Shown here piece by piece: positions 29,830-40,051 of a DNA stretch of 64,000 bases. The stretch is taken from assembly GCA_024711295.1 (NCBI GenBank), contig JANJTB010000002.1, forward strand, positions 78,223 to 142,222, read 5' to 3'. This DNA comes from a bacterium (GTDB lineage Bacteria > Bacteroidota > Ignavibacteria > Kapaibacteriales > UBA2268). The notes beneath the pieces are model-generated. The model was not told where the DNA came from and searched no databases. It worked only from the letters and a program-made list of their open reading frames with translations. The translations under genes were made by a program, and so were the position numbers. Every line of letters starts with the position of its first letter. Position 1 is the first letter of the stretch.

Positions 29830-31128
29830 TTATTCTTTTGCAAATTTATAAGTTTTGCTATTAATTTGAATAAGATATACTCCTGCTCTAAGATCTGATA
29901 CATCAATTATTTGTGTAAGATTATTATCTTTTGTCAACCCAGATTTGATAATTTTTGCATTTATGTCGTATATAGTATATGAAAAGGTCTCGTTTTCGTT
30001 CACTTGTTCCTTTTCTAAAATTAACATTATGTAATCTTGAGCCGGATTTGGGATAATAATATTTGTTTTGTTCGATTCAATGCTTGGATTCTCAACACCA
30101 GTTCCAATTGACAATTTTAGTAATTCTTTACTTTTGCCACCTAACCAACATTCACTTTCATTTGTAAAATGAATGGATAGTAAATCAAATTTTATCGGAT
30201 TTGTAATCAACTGATATTGATTATTTGATAAGTTAACCTGAGCAATCAATCCATTATTTCCACAAACATATAATTCATTCGAATTTCTTAATGCAGCGTT
30301 TTTAATTGTATTGGGTTCAAAATTAATAGCATTCCAGTTATTATCAGAACCTTTTGAATAAATTATTGATTTTTCGGTAACAATATAATAATCATTTGAA
30401 TTGCTTACAAAGAACTTAATTACTTGATTTGTGTCAGAAGGTAAAAAATTTCGTGGGCTTCCAACTACATCCCATGTAATACCATCATAAGTAGAGAGAA
30501 TATCCAATTCATTTTCCTTATTTACAGCAAGGATATAATCTTTTCCGGCGTGATTATACCCACATAATGCATCGTAATCAACATTGCTGTATTCCTGAAT
30601 TTCTTTCCAATTCTTATAAGAAAATGTTATCATGTGATATTTTGCAACACTAATTCCATACCCTGTTGAACTAACATTAGAATAAATTAAATTGGCATCA
30701 AATGAGCCTTTTGCATCATAATCATGAACTGCGTATCCTGGATTTTCCATGCTTATGTTTGAGGTATCCTTAGATATTATATAATAAACTCTTTGATAGT
30801 CCTGAATAGGAAAACTGAAAGTATTAATATTAAAACCAAACAATACAATTTCATCACCATTCTTGCTTGACTCTCCATTGAGACCAGTATCCCAATCAGT
30901 AAAATTAATCAAGGACAAGGTAGCTAAATCATTTGAATAAAAATGATTTATATCTCCAAAGTTAAGTAAAAGTAGATGTTCCTGATCAAATGAGCTGATT
31001 AAGTAAAAAGTTTCCGAGTAATCATTGGCCCACTTTGGTTGGATTACATTAAGGATGATTTCTGACTTTAGAATATTAGATATAATTACAAAGAAAAATA
31101 CTAATAGTATAACTGTAGATTTTTTCAT
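29830..31128 (-). CDS. secreted hypothetical protein with T9SS C-terminal sorting domain
   Basis: Signal peptide; C-terminal IIIPNPAQDYIMLIL...TIYDINAKIIKSG...LRAGVYLIQINSKTYKFAKE matches the T9SS CTD pattern; possible beta-propeller N-terminus. Confidence 0.65.
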   Translation of the reverse strand: MKKSTVILLVFFFVIISNILKSEIILNVIQPKWANDYSETFYLISSFDQEHLLLLNFGDINHFYSNDLATLSLINFTDWDTGLNGESSKNGDEIVLFGFNINTFSFPIQDYQRVYYIISKDTSNISMENPGYAVHDYDAKGSFDANLIYSNVSSTGYGISVAKYHMITFSYKNWKEIQEYSNVDYDALCGYNHAGKDYILAVNKENELDILSTYDGITWDVVGSPRNFLPSDTNQVIKFFVSNSNDYYIVTEKSIIYSKGSDNNWNAINFEPNTIKNAALRNSNELYVCGNNGLIAQVNLSNNQYQLITNPIKFDLLSIHFTNESECWLGGKSKELLKLSIGTGVENPSIESNKTNIIIPNPAQDYIMLILEKEQVNENETFSYTIYDINAKIIKSGLTKDNNLTQIIDVSDLRAGVYLIQINSKTYKFAKE

Positions 31129-31338
31129 CTTACTTACCTTGATTTTACATTCGATGTTGACTAAAAGTTATTTATCACAACAATCTTCTAAAAGTTATAT
31201 TTAGAAATATCAATTTAATAAATTATTACTAATTCTACAAATAATTTATTCATTCAATAAATATTTGACAAATTGTTTTGATATTAATATAAAATTTTTT
31301 AAGTTAGAGTATTCTTTTCTAACAAAAGGAGAAATATT

Positions 31339-32154
31339 ATGAAAACCGGAATTTTTTGTTTAATAGTTTTTTTGCTTTTTTTATTTTCATGCGAAACCAC
31401 TGTAGGTCCTAATGAAATTGGTGGAAATACCGACCTCGAATTAACAGAAATTGGCAATGAATTTGGATTATATTTTGAATTAAGAAATCTAAATATTGAT
31501 GGTTTGGATGGAAGTGAATTGGAGGATTCGATTGCAATATCAGAGAATAATAATGGTATTGTAAGATTTAGAGGATATATCTCAACCAATATTGAAACAG
31601 TGAATAAAATTGATACATTTTTAGGAACTCAGAATCTTCCAAAAAATTCTAAAGATTTGGTTTTAGATGCTTATAAGCAGAAATACGGTATTAATTATGA
31701 CACTTTAGATCAAAACAATTTAAAGATGATTATTGATACAAAACTCAAAATTACTTCCGAAGGAATTCAAGACTTTTTTCACGCGAAAGGAGACGAATCC
31801 AAGCCTTTTACTATAGTCAAATATAGCTCGAATGTTGGCGATAAATATGAATTTACCAATACTGAGGGCAAAAAAATTGTGAGGACTGTGATTCAAAAGA
31901 ATCCTGATGAAGATTGGGATATTGCTTTTTGGAGAGTAAAAACAATAAGAGTTGAAGAAGAGTTGATTGATGATCCATTAGCTGATAAAGTTATATATGT
32001 TTGCAATCATAAATTTGGGCTTGTAGGTTTGATAATACACTTGAAAAATGGAAAAATTCTCGACACTACAGTTATGCCGCCAACTTTATGGTTTTGTGCT
32101 AATTTAATTATTTCTAATAACAGCCTGTACATAATTGAATCACTAATTACATAA
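31339..32154 (+). CDS. hypothetical lipoprotein
   Basis: Signal peptide with lipobox LFLFSC; no recognised domain; 271 aa. Confidence 0.5.
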   Translation: MKTGIFCLIVFLLFLFSCETTVGPNEIGGNTDLELTEIGNEFGLYFELRNLNIDGLDGSELEDSIAISENNNGIVRFRGYISTNIETVNKIDTFLGTQNLPKNSKDLVLDAYKQKYGINYDTLDQNNLKMIIDTKLKITSEGIQDFFHAKGDESKPFTIVKYSSNVGDKYEFTNTEGKKIVRTVIQKNPDEDWDIAFWRVKTIRVEEELIDDPLADKVIYVCNHKFGLVGLIIHLKNGKILDTTVMPPTLWFCANLIISNNSLYIIESLIT

Positions 32155-32223
32155 TTCTTTTATTTCTAAAAAAAAGATGATTTGCATATTGGTAAATGAA
32201 AAATGTTTTGATTAGGAATTCAA

Positions 32224-32610
32224 TTACTTTTCAGGAATTAGTTTGACAATTTTTTGCTTGTTTTTGATACAGAAATTGATGTAATCAGCTCTATCTATTG
32301 CAAGTCTGAATGGTAAAGGCATAAAATCATAACTTTTATCGAACAACAAACGCATTGCTCTGTCATTTTCAAATGCTTGCTTAGTTACAGGACCTATGTG
32401 TTTTAAAAAAATCTTTTTTATCTCAGGAGTATATTTTTTATAGGTTTTCTGAATTTGTTGGTAAATTTTATTACTGTCAAGAATGGTTTCTACCATAGAT
32501 TTTCCAGATTTTTTTTCGCTTGGCTTTTCATCAGACTTAGCTTGTATCATGTTTGTTGTGCATACAAGAGCCAACAATAGAATAGATAAAAATGTAAATA
32601 TTGAATTCAT
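32224..32610 (-). CDS. hypothetical secreted protein
   Basis: Probable start at MNSIFTFLSILLLALV (signal peptide); the track ORF extends to 32649 and overlaps the upstream gene; no recognised domain. Confidence 0.45.
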   Translation of the reverse strand: MNSIFTFLSILLLALVCTTNMIQAKSDEKPSEKKSGKSMVETILDSNKIYQQIQKTYKKYTPEIKKIFLKHIGPVTKQAFENDRAMRLLFDKSYDFMPLPFRLAIDRADYINFCIKNKQKIVKLIPEK

Positions 32611-32617
32611 ACTGATC

Positions 32618-33034
32618 CTAATTAAACCTATAAGATATAATTCCCTCATCGTTAACCTCAGAAACTACACCAAACTCCATAGCTTTAGATTCTACAAACT
32701 GTTTTGCATCATTTGGGTTAAGATTGCTGGCAACTGCAAATTGAAATGATGTAATTTTTCCACCATTCTGTTTTACTACGTCATAAAAGATTTTGTTAAG
32801 TTGCTCATTTTGAAACTTCTTTTTTCTTGTGATATTTATATATGCCATTATAATACCAACTATAGTTAGAAATAATCCGGCATAAGCAAGAATCATTGAG
32901 TCCTTGTCATCGGAGTATGTAAAACTGATAATGATGAAAAGCAAACCATAAAAAATTGCACCGTAAGTAAAAAGTGCTCTTTCTTTAGATGACAATTTTC
33001 TAAATCTATCGAATTTGTCAGCCTTGTTATCCAT
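32618..33034 (-). CDS. hypothetical membrane protein (2 TM segments plus a soluble C-terminal domain)
   Basis: Hydrophobic segments LFTYGAIFYGLLFIIISF and ILAYAGLFLTIVGIIMAYI; no recognised domain. Confidence 0.45.
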   Translation of the reverse strand: MDNKADKFDRFRKLSSKERALFTYGAIFYGLLFIIISFTYSDDKDSMILAYAGLFLTIVGIIMAYINITRKKKFQNEQLNKIFYDVVKQNGGKITSFQFAVASNLNPNDAKQFVESKAMEFGVVSEVNDEGIISYRFN

Positions 33035-33130
33035 ACAATAGAGAAATAATATTGAGTATTTTTTTTATCTTCAAAACTAATAAAAAATTTATAGATAATC
33101 AAGTAAAATCATCACTTTGTAATTTTACTG

Positions 33131-33240
33131 TATTATCAATGTGTCCAATTTGTGTCCAAAAAGTTTTGAAAGACAGTGGAAATTAGTGGATAATGAGTGT
33201 ATTGATTTTTGAACTTTGAAATTCTGTATGATCGCACCAA
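33131..33240 (-). repeat. conserved tRNA-downstream element of about 100 nt, copy B (inverted relative to copy A)
   Basis: Its reverse complement aligns with 8480-8585 at about 87% identity by eye. It sits immediately downstream, on the minus strand, of tRNA-Asn and its terminator. Confidence 0.6.
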
Positions 33241-33249
33241 TACTAAATA

Positions 33250-33282
33250 AAAAAGGCTGTGATTTATTTCACAGCCTTTTAC
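33250..33282 (-). terminator. terminator after tRNA-Asn (copy 3 of the GGCTGTGA hairpin)
   Basis: AAAAGGCTGTGA-tttattt-CACAGCCTTTT followed on the minus strand by a T6 run. Confidence 0.65.
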
Positions 33283-33290
33283 TTGTTTGT

Positions 33291-33364
33291 GCTCCCAAGG
33301 AGGGACTTGAACCCCCGACCCTCTGATTAACAGTCAGATGCTCTAACCAGCTGAGCTACTTGGG
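33291..33364 (-). tRNA. tRNA-Asn (GTT)
   Basis: Reverse complement: TCCCAAGTAGCTCAGCTGGTTAGAGCATCTGACTGTTAATCAGAGGGTCGGGGGTTCAAGTCCCTCCTTGGGAG; anticodon loop cUGUUAa. Confidence 0.9.
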
Positions 33365-33454
33365 AAACTTAATAGAATACAAAAGTAAGAACTTTTCGTA
33401 TATTTGCAAAATATTTTTTTACATTTATCAATATTTTTTTCTTTTTTTTCAATT

Positions 33455-34183
33455 ATGATTGTAAAAACTGAGTCTGTAATACTTACTGCCCGCAAACAAG
33501 GCGATACAAGTAAAATTATAACCGTATTTTCTAAAGATTATGGTAAAATTTCCTTAATAGCTAAAGGTGCTCGAAACTCCAGGAATAAATTTGGTGCCTC
33601 AATCGAACCTCTTTCTATAAGCAACTTGTATTTTTATATGAAACCGAATACTGAACTGTACTTGCTTTCAAATTCTGAAATCGAAACCAAGTTATATAAT
33701 ATCATTAAAAATGACAAACATCTTACTTGCAGCTTTATTATATCTGAGGTAGTTAACTCGACTCAACTAAATAAAAATCCAAATAATGAGCTTTATGATC
33801 TAATTAAATCTTCTCTAATAGGTCTTAACTTAATGGATAATAGACCGGAATCTATATACATCAGTTTTATGTTTAGATTTTTTGACTTAATGGGATTTGG
33901 CTTTGATATGAGTGAGTCCGCAAACTGCACAAAAAAAGTAATTACGATAGATATCGGAAGTGCAATGATTATGGACGGTTCATTTTCGAGCAATGAGGTA
34001 AATTTTAAAATGTCAAAAATATTAGTTGATAAGTTGTATCAAATTAGTAGCAGCGAAGATCATAATAATGACATATCAATAAATCAGACAGAATTCATAA
34101 CAGTAAACAATTTTTTTCAGTCTTATCTATCTTATCACTTAGAAACAAATTTTAAATTAAAATCTACAAATTTAATATCATAA
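33455..34183 (+). CDS. recO: DNA repair protein RecO
   Basis: MIVKTESVILTARKQGDTSKIITVFSKDYGKISLIAKGARNSRNKFGASIEP is the RecO N-terminal OB-fold consensus; ATG at 33455; the track ORF starts upstream. Confidence 0.85.
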   Translation: MIVKTESVILTARKQGDTSKIITVFSKDYGKISLIAKGARNSRNKFGASIEPLSISNLYFYMKPNTELYLLSNSEIETKLYNIIKNDKHLTCSFIISEVVNSTQLNKNPNNELYDLIKSSLIGLNLMDNRPESIYISFMFRFFDLMGFGFDMSESANCTKKVITIDIGSAMIMDGSFSSNEVNFKMSKILVDKLYQISSSEDHNNDISINQTEFITVNNFFQSYLSYHLETNFKLKSTNLIS

Positions 34184-34188
34184 CAAAA

Positions 34189-35481
34189 ATGGACTATCTC
34201 AGTTACAATTTACTCAATATTGCCATAATCCAAGTCATTACAAGTTTTATTAACTCTGCTGAAATATCATTGAGTAAATTTAAAGCTCATTGTGAAGAAA
34301 ATGAAATTTTTTCGAATACCCGTTTGTTCAATCTAACATTTAGAATATCTGAAAACTTTCAAAATTATATTCCAACAATAGTTATCACAAGATATCTTTT
34401 CATTATGTTATTGGGTCTGGAAGTATATTCAGTTTCAAAAAACGAAAAAATAATTAGTTATATTCAATTTGATAGTACATTTTTATTATTTATTATTTTA
34501 ACTCTGATCATTCTACCAATATTTGTATTTTTCTCATATGTTTTACCAAGGATATTACTAAGTGGAGCGGGTTATAGAATGGCTTTGGCATCATTATACC
34601 CATTGTTAATATTACACTATTTTTTGTTACCAATAAGAATAATTATAACCGGTTTCGTTAAAATAACAGAGTTAGTCACAAGCAAGTCTTTAGAGCAATC
34701 TCAGCTTAATTCTGAAGAAGAAATAAGACAAATTATCGAAATTAACACTCAAGCCGGCAATATTGAAGAGAATGAAGGTAAGTTGATTGATAACATTTTT
34801 GATTTTAAGGATACCACAGTCAAGCAGGTAATGACACCCCGAAGTAATATTAAAGCAGTTGCTGATGATTGGAGTATGTCTGAAATCATAGAAATAATAA
34901 GAAGTGAAAGCTATTCAAGATATCCTGTATTTAGTAAAAATTTAGATAATATCATTGGTCTTCTCCACGCTAAAGACATGGTTGGTATGCTTCAGTCAGA
35001 TATCGATTCATTACCTAAGGAATTAATAAGAAAGACTATTCGTGTCAAGGAAGATGATTTCATTGATGAAATTTTACCGGAATTTCAAAAGCAGAAAATT
35101 CAGCTAGCTATTGTTATTGATGATTTTGGCGGCACTGCCGGAATTATTTCGATGGAAGATATTTTGGAAGAAATAGTTGGAGAAATCAACGATGAACACG
35201 ACGAGGAAGAAAAAGACATTGATTTATTGGCAGAAAATGTGTTCATAGTATCAGCGCATGTTAATATCAGAGAATTGAACGAAATATTGCCGGAGGAGCT
35301 TCCTGAAAGTGAAAATTATGAGACGATAGCAGGATTAATAATTACCGAAACAGAAAGTATTCCGGAATTACATTCCTTGATTAACTATCAAAATTATGTA
35401 TTCGAAATTCTAAAAAGGACAAAAACTAAAGTTGAGAAAGTAAAAATCACTTATTCAGAATCATCTTCGATAAACGAGTAA
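34189..35481 (+). CDS. hemolysin-family / CNNM-type transporter-associated protein (DUF21 + CBS pair + CorC_HlyC), GldE/TlyC-like
   Basis: N-terminal 4-TM DUF21 domain, two CBS domains, and a C-terminal CorC_HlyC-type domain; 430 aa. Confidence 0.8.
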   Translation: MDYLSYNLLNIAIIQVITSFINSAEISLSKFKAHCEENEIFSNTRLFNLTFRISENFQNYIPTIVITRYLFIMLLGLEVYSVSKNEKIISYIQFDSTFLLFIILTLIILPIFVFFSYVLPRILLSGAGYRMALASLYPLLILHYFLLPIRIIITGFVKITELVTSKSLEQSQLNSEEEIRQIIEINTQAGNIEENEGKLIDNIFDFKDTTVKQVMTPRSNIKAVADDWSMSEIIEIIRSESYSRYPVFSKNLDNIIGLLHAKDMVGMLQSDIDSLPKELIRKTIRVKEDDFIDEILPEFQKQKIQLAIVIDDFGGTAGIISMEDILEEIVGEINDEHDEEEKDIDLLAENVFIVSAHVNIRELNEILPEELPESENYETIAGLIITETESIPELHSLINYQNYVFEILKRTKTKVEKVKITYSESSSINE

Positions 35482-36137
35482 TTGTTCCTTGGAGGTAAAG
35501 ATGTTAGAATGGGCATTAAGAATTCAACAGATTTCTTTAAATCATCCAAAGTTCCATCATTTTGAATAGTAAAGTCTGCTAATTTAACCTTTTCATCCTG
35601 AGAAATTTGTTCTTTCATTCTCTTCAAGATATCTTCTTTTGATAATCCCGTTCTTGAAATTGCTCTCTTTACTCTGTTATCATTTGATGAAGTAACACAG
35701 ACTATATAATCAAACCCTTCATCAAGACCTGCTTCATAAATCAAAGCACTTTCTACAAAAACTGGGTTAAATCCCTTTGAAATCTGAAATTCAATCTCAC
35801 GAATCATCATTTCGATAACCGGTGGATGAACAATGGAATTAAGTTGGTTTAGTTTTTCACTTGAATTGAATACAAGGTCCGACAAGTATTTTGAATTAAC
35901 TTTATTTTCTATAAAGCTATCAGTACCAAATGAAGCAATTATTTGATTAATAACATCCATATCATCAGACATTACTTTTTTTGCTAAATAATCTGTTGAT
36001 ATTACAACAAATCCCATTTCAGAAATAATTTTGGCTACTTCACTTTTGCCGCTTGCAATTCCACCAGTTATTGCAATTATCAGCGAGTTGTCTTTTTCGT
36101 CAATTTCCGGAATATTCGCCAAGTTTAAGCCCTGCAT
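35451..36137 (-). CDS. coaE: dephospho-CoA kinase
   Basis: IAITGGIASGKSEV P-loop. The start is uncertain (the P-loop is usually within 10 aa of the N-terminus). As drawn it overlaps the 3' end of the upstream flavoprotein gene by 38 nt. Confidence 0.8.
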   Translation of the reverse strand: MQGLNLANIPEIDEKDNSLIIAITGGIASGKSEVAKIISEMGFVVISTDYLAKKVMSDDMDVINQIIASFGTDSFIENKVNSKYLSDLVFNSSEKLNQLNSIVHPPVIEMMIREIEFQISKGFNPVFVESALIYEAGLDEGFDYIVCVTSSNDNRVKRAISRTGLSKEDILKRMKEQISQDEKVKLADFTIQNDGTLDDLKKSVEFLMPILTSLPPRNNYSFIEDDSE

Positions 36138-36684
36138 TATAAATCATCTCTAATCTGGTATTGTCTAATCTATTCGCATCAAAAAGAATGTTTTCTGCAA
36201 TATCTTTCGAAAAAAGCAATCCTAATGAATCAATGTATTCCGAAATATTTCGTGCAATTCCTGCAGCTTCAATCTCGTAAGAAGAAATCATCATTATTTT
36301 ACCATTAGTTTTGATATCGGGAATGCCACTGTTGACATTATCGTAAATATACGCAGGTTGAAATAATGGCTCAAGTCTGTCTAAAAGATTTTTTAAATAT
36401 TCAGTAGATCCGTTAGTATTGATATGAGTTGCAAAAATCCATATTTCAGATTCCCTAAATAATGGATATAAATTATTCATATCATCATCACAACGGCACT
36501 TTGTATCATAAGAGAAAGATGATTGAGAAGTACAGCCATAGCATGGTTTAATGTCTAAATCGTGAACTTTTACCTTTTGAATTTCTAAATTAAATTTTGA
36601 TAGACCTTCTATAAGTTTATCCACTGCTTTGTAAGTATCAATATTTAATTTTTCACTAATGCAATCAATAAGCAGGACTTTCAT
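36100..36684 (-). CDS. flavodoxin-fold NAD(P)H-dependent FMN reductase / iron-sulfur flavoprotein (Isf)-like protein
   Basis: Flavodoxin-like N-terminus MKVLLIDCIS; Cys cluster PCYGCTSQSSFSYDTKCRC (CX2CX12CXC) where Isf proteins carry a compact 4-Cys motif. Confidence 0.55.
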   Translation of the reverse strand: MKVLLIDCISEKLNIDTYKAVDKLIEGLSKFNLEIQKVKVHDLDIKPCYGCTSQSSFSYDTKCRCDDDMNNLYPLFRESEIWIFATHINTNGSTEYLKNLLDRLEPLFQPAYIYDNVNSGIPDIKTNGKIMMISSYEIEAAGIARNISEYIDSLGLLFSKDIAENILFDANRLDNTRLEMIYNAGLKLGEYSGN

Positions 36685-36729
36685 AAGAATACCACAATTC
36701 TGATTTTGGAATAATGTTAATTACTTTAA

Positions 36730-36783
36730 ATATCAAAAAATATTGTTTAGAGTGAATATTTAAATCTCATAAATATTCACTCT
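36730..36783 (-). terminator. terminator after secA
   Basis: 14-bp perfect stem AGAGTGAATATTTA-aatctca-TAAATATTCACTCT followed on the minus strand by AAACAATATTTTTT. Confidence 0.65.
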
Positions 36784-36795
36784 AATACTTAATTC

Positions 36796-39700
36796 TTAGT
36801 CTAATACTTCGCACATATCATTTTGTATATCAAATTCAAGTTTTTTGTATTTTGCTTCTACAATTTTTCCATCTCTGTATTTGACCTTTACGTTGTCATT
36901 ACGTCCAAATTTTCGTTCATTTCGCTTAAACGTTTGGCTTACTGTTGTAGCCTGTCCTGTGGGTTGCTCTTGTTGCGGAACATTTTGCAAGAAAGCAGGT
37001 GTTTGGTTTGAGTGCTCAAACTTCATCGTCGAAGTATTGGTTCTCTGCATTACCCTTGGCATGCCATCAGCTGTTGTATCTGTAGCAACCGGACTAATTG
37101 GCCTTCTGACCCTAACCTGCTGCTGAACAACTTGTGGAAAATACTTAAACGCAAAATAAACACTCTCTTTATTAATTTCGTGTACTAAATCAACAAAAAG
37201 CTTGTATGCTTCGGACTTATACTCCAGTAATGGATCCTTTTGTCCGTACGACCTTAGGTGAATACCTTCTTTGAGGTCATCCATTACTCTAAGATGTTCT
37301 CTCCATTTATCGTCAATTGTTTGTAATACTGCAACCCTCTCCAATTTTGACATAAACTCAATTCCGAGCATTTCTTCCTTGCGTTTATAAAAATCTTTTG
37401 CTGCTTTGGATACTCTTTCTATCAGCTCGTTATCGTTATTACTCTCGAAATCCTTCTCAGTTACATACACTTCACAAAGCAAGTGAGCTCTGATTGAATC
37501 TTTAAATTCTTTAACTCTTTTATCAGGTTTGTATTCCTCTATCAAATCGGTGACTATATCTTCGATATAATCAAAGAGTTCACCCTTTAACCTTTCACCT
37601 CTTAATGCAGCTCTACGTCTGTTGTAGATAACTTCACGCTGCTGATTCATTACGTTATCGTATTCAAGCAATCTTTTGCGAATAGCAAAGTTATTTTCTT
37701 CAACCTTTTTCTGAGCTCTTTCTACAGATTTTGAAATCATGGAATGTTGGATGGGTTCACCTTCTGGAATTTTTAATTTTGCCATAACGTTTGCAATCCT
37801 TTCACCACCGAACAATCTCATCAAATCATCTTCGAGTGAAATGTAGAATATCGAACTTCCGGGGTCTCCCTGTCGTCCTGCTCTACCGCGCAACTGTCTA
37901 TCTATACGCCTTGCATCATGTCTTTCGGAGCCTAATATAGCCAAACCACCTTTACTCTTAACATCATGGTCGAGTTTGATATCAGTACCTCTACCGGCCA
38001 TATTAGTCGCAATAGTGATGGCGCCCTTCTGACCAGCTAAAGATACAATTTCAGCCTCTTTAGCGTGGTGTTTAGCATTTAATACATTGTGCTTGATACC
38101 GTTGCGTTTCAACATTTTTGATAAAACTTCAGAGACCTCAACACTTGCTGTACCTACAAGAACAGCTCTACCCTCCTGCTGCAACCTTTTTACCTCATCA
38201 ACCAAAGCATTATATTTTTCACGTTTAGTTTTGAAAATTAAATCTTCCTGATCATCCCTAACTATTGGTCTATTTGTAGGAATAACCGTAACTTCTAAAT
38301 TGTATATCTTTTCGAATTCTGCCGCTTCAGTATCAGCTGTACCTGTCATACCTGCGAGTTTTCGATACAATCTGAAATAATTTTGGAGTGTGATTGTTGC
38401 AAAGGTTTGTGTATCTCTTTCAACTTTAACATTCTCTTTTGCTTCAATTGCCTGATGTAAACCTTCAGAATACCTTCTTCCTTCAAGAATACGACCTGTA
38501 AATTCATCAACGATCATAATTTTACCGTCCTGAATCACATATTCTACATCTTTTTCGTAGAGAGAATATGCCCTGAGTAACTGCTGAATGGTATGAATTC
38601 TATCGCTGCGTTCAGCAAAAATCAAATGAGCTTCGTCTTTTGCAAGCTGCTTTTCATCGGGGGATAACGAATCGTTGCCTTCTATCGCGCTGAATTGAGC
38701 TGCTATATCAGGAATGACAAACATATCAGGATCTTCGTCACGTGTACCCAATAGTTCGCGTCCTTTTTCTGAAATATCAATTTGGTGAGTCTTTTCATCA
38801 ATTGTATAGAACAACTCATCGTCAATCTCGTGCATTCTCCTTCCCTGGTCACGCAGGAAGAATAGCTCGGTATCTCGTTTCAGTTTTTGGTTTTCTGGCT
38901 CTTGCAGGAGTTTAGTTAACTTCTTATGTTTAGGTAATCCTCTGTATGCTCTTAATAAATTTACACCGGCTTTTTCCAAATCTTCTTTCGATCCTGATTT
39001 GATATATGACTCAGCTTCAGCTACAATACCATTAACAAATCTTGTCTGAGATTCAATCAGTCTCTTAACTCTTGGATTCATTTCCTCAAATCTTTGATCA
39101 CTCTGACCTACAGGACCGGATATTATCAAAGGCGTTCTTGCTTCATCTATCAAAACTGAGTCAACTTCATCAACTATTGCAAACCAATGCTCACGTTGAA
39201 CAATGTTATCGAGGTCAATAACCATGTTATCTCTTAGATAATCAAAGCCAAACTCGTTATTGGTACCATAAGAAATATCCATGTTATAAATTTTTCTGCG
39301 AACATCATTTTCCATATTTGATTGAATAGCACCAACAGTTAGTCCAAGATATTCAAATACAGGCGACATCCATTCAGAGTCTCTTCTGGCGAGATAGTCA
39401 TTAACAGTAACCAGGTGCACACCTTTGCCTGCTAATGCATTCAAATAAACCGGTGCTACGGCAACAAGTGTTTTCCCTTCGCCTGTAGCCATTTCCGAAA
39501 TTCTACCTCTATGCAGTACAATACCGCCAATCATCTGAACATCATAAGGAACCATATCCCATATAGCCGGCTGACCTGCATAAGTATAACTGTGGCGATT
39601 CTCTTTCAACCTCTTGCATGCTTGTTTCACAACCGCAAATGCTTGGGGTAAAAGCTCATCTAATTTGTCGTTAATAGTTTGAAATATGTCATCTCCCAGG

Positions 39701-39972
39701 TCTTTAATCTGCTGAGTGATATCAGAAATCTGAGAACTGTCTAGATCTTCGTTTTGTAGTCGTTGCTGCAATTCAACTTTTTTTGCTTCAAGCTCTTTTA
39801 CTGATTGTTTGATTATTTCCTTAAATTCATCTGTTTTAGATTTAAGCTTTTCATCAGAAAGAGCATTATATTTTTCATAATAAGAATTTATTTCCTTAAC
39901 TAAAGGCATTAATTCCTTAACATCTTTTTCGTGCTTATTACCGAATAGCTTATTTAATATGTTTGCTATCAT
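36796..39972 (-). CDS. secA: preprotein translocase ATPase SecA
   Basis: DEAD-like motor domains, preprotein crosslinking, helical scaffold and wing domains; about 1058 aa from the ATG at 39972 (the track ORF starts 11 codons upstream). Confidence 0.97.
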   Translation of the reverse strand: MIANILNKLFGNKHEKDVKELMPLVKEINSYYEKYNALSDEKLKSKTDEFKEIIKQSVKELEAKKVELQQRLQNEDLDSSQISDITQQIKDLGDDIFQTINDKLDELLPQAFAVVKQACKRLKENRHSYTYAGQPAIWDMVPYDVQMIGGIVLHRGRISEMATGEGKTLVAVAPVYLNALAGKGVHLVTVNDYLARRDSEWMSPVFEYLGLTVGAIQSNMENDVRRKIYNMDISYGTNNEFGFDYLRDNMVIDLDNIVQREHWFAIVDEVDSVLIDEARTPLIISGPVGQSDQRFEEMNPRVKRLIESQTRFVNGIVAEAESYIKSGSKEDLEKAGVNLLRAYRGLPKHKKLTKLLQEPENQKLKRDTELFFLRDQGRRMHEIDDELFYTIDEKTHQIDISEKGRELLGTRDEDPDMFVIPDIAAQFSAIEGNDSLSPDEKQLAKDEAHLIFAERSDRIHTIQQLLRAYSLYEKDVEYVIQDGKIMIVDEFTGRILEGRRYSEGLHQAIEAKENVKVERDTQTFATITLQNYFRLYRKLAGMTGTADTEAAEFEKIYNLEVTVIPTNRPIVRDDQEDLIFKTKREKYNALVDEVKRLQQEGRAVLVGTASVEVSEVLSKMLKRNGIKHNVLNAKHHAKEAEIVSLAGQKGAITIATNMAGRGTDIKLDHDVKSKGGLAILGSERHDARRIDRQLRGRAGRQGDPGSSIFYISLEDDLMRLFGGERIANVMAKLKIPEGEPIQHSMISKSVERAQKKVEENNFAIRKRLLEYDNVMNQQREVIYNRRRAALRGERLKGELFDYIEDIVTDLIEEYKPDKRVKEFKDSIRAHLLCEVYVTEKDFESNNDNELIERVSKAAKDFYKRKEEMLGIEFMSKLERVAVLQTIDDKWREHLRVMDDLKEGIHLRSYGQKDPLLEYKSEAYKLFVDLVHEINKESVYFAFKYFPQVVQQQVRVRRPISPVATDTTADGMPRVMQRTNTSTMKFEHSNQTPAFLQNVPQQEQPTGQATTVSQTFKRNERKFGRNDNVKVKYRDGKIVEAKYKKLEFDIQNDMCEVLD

Positions 39973-40051
39973 TGTGTGAAACTTTAAATTATTTTTCAAT
40001 ACCAATTAAATATTAACGTTTTATAATCTTTGATATTTATTTTTATTTAAA

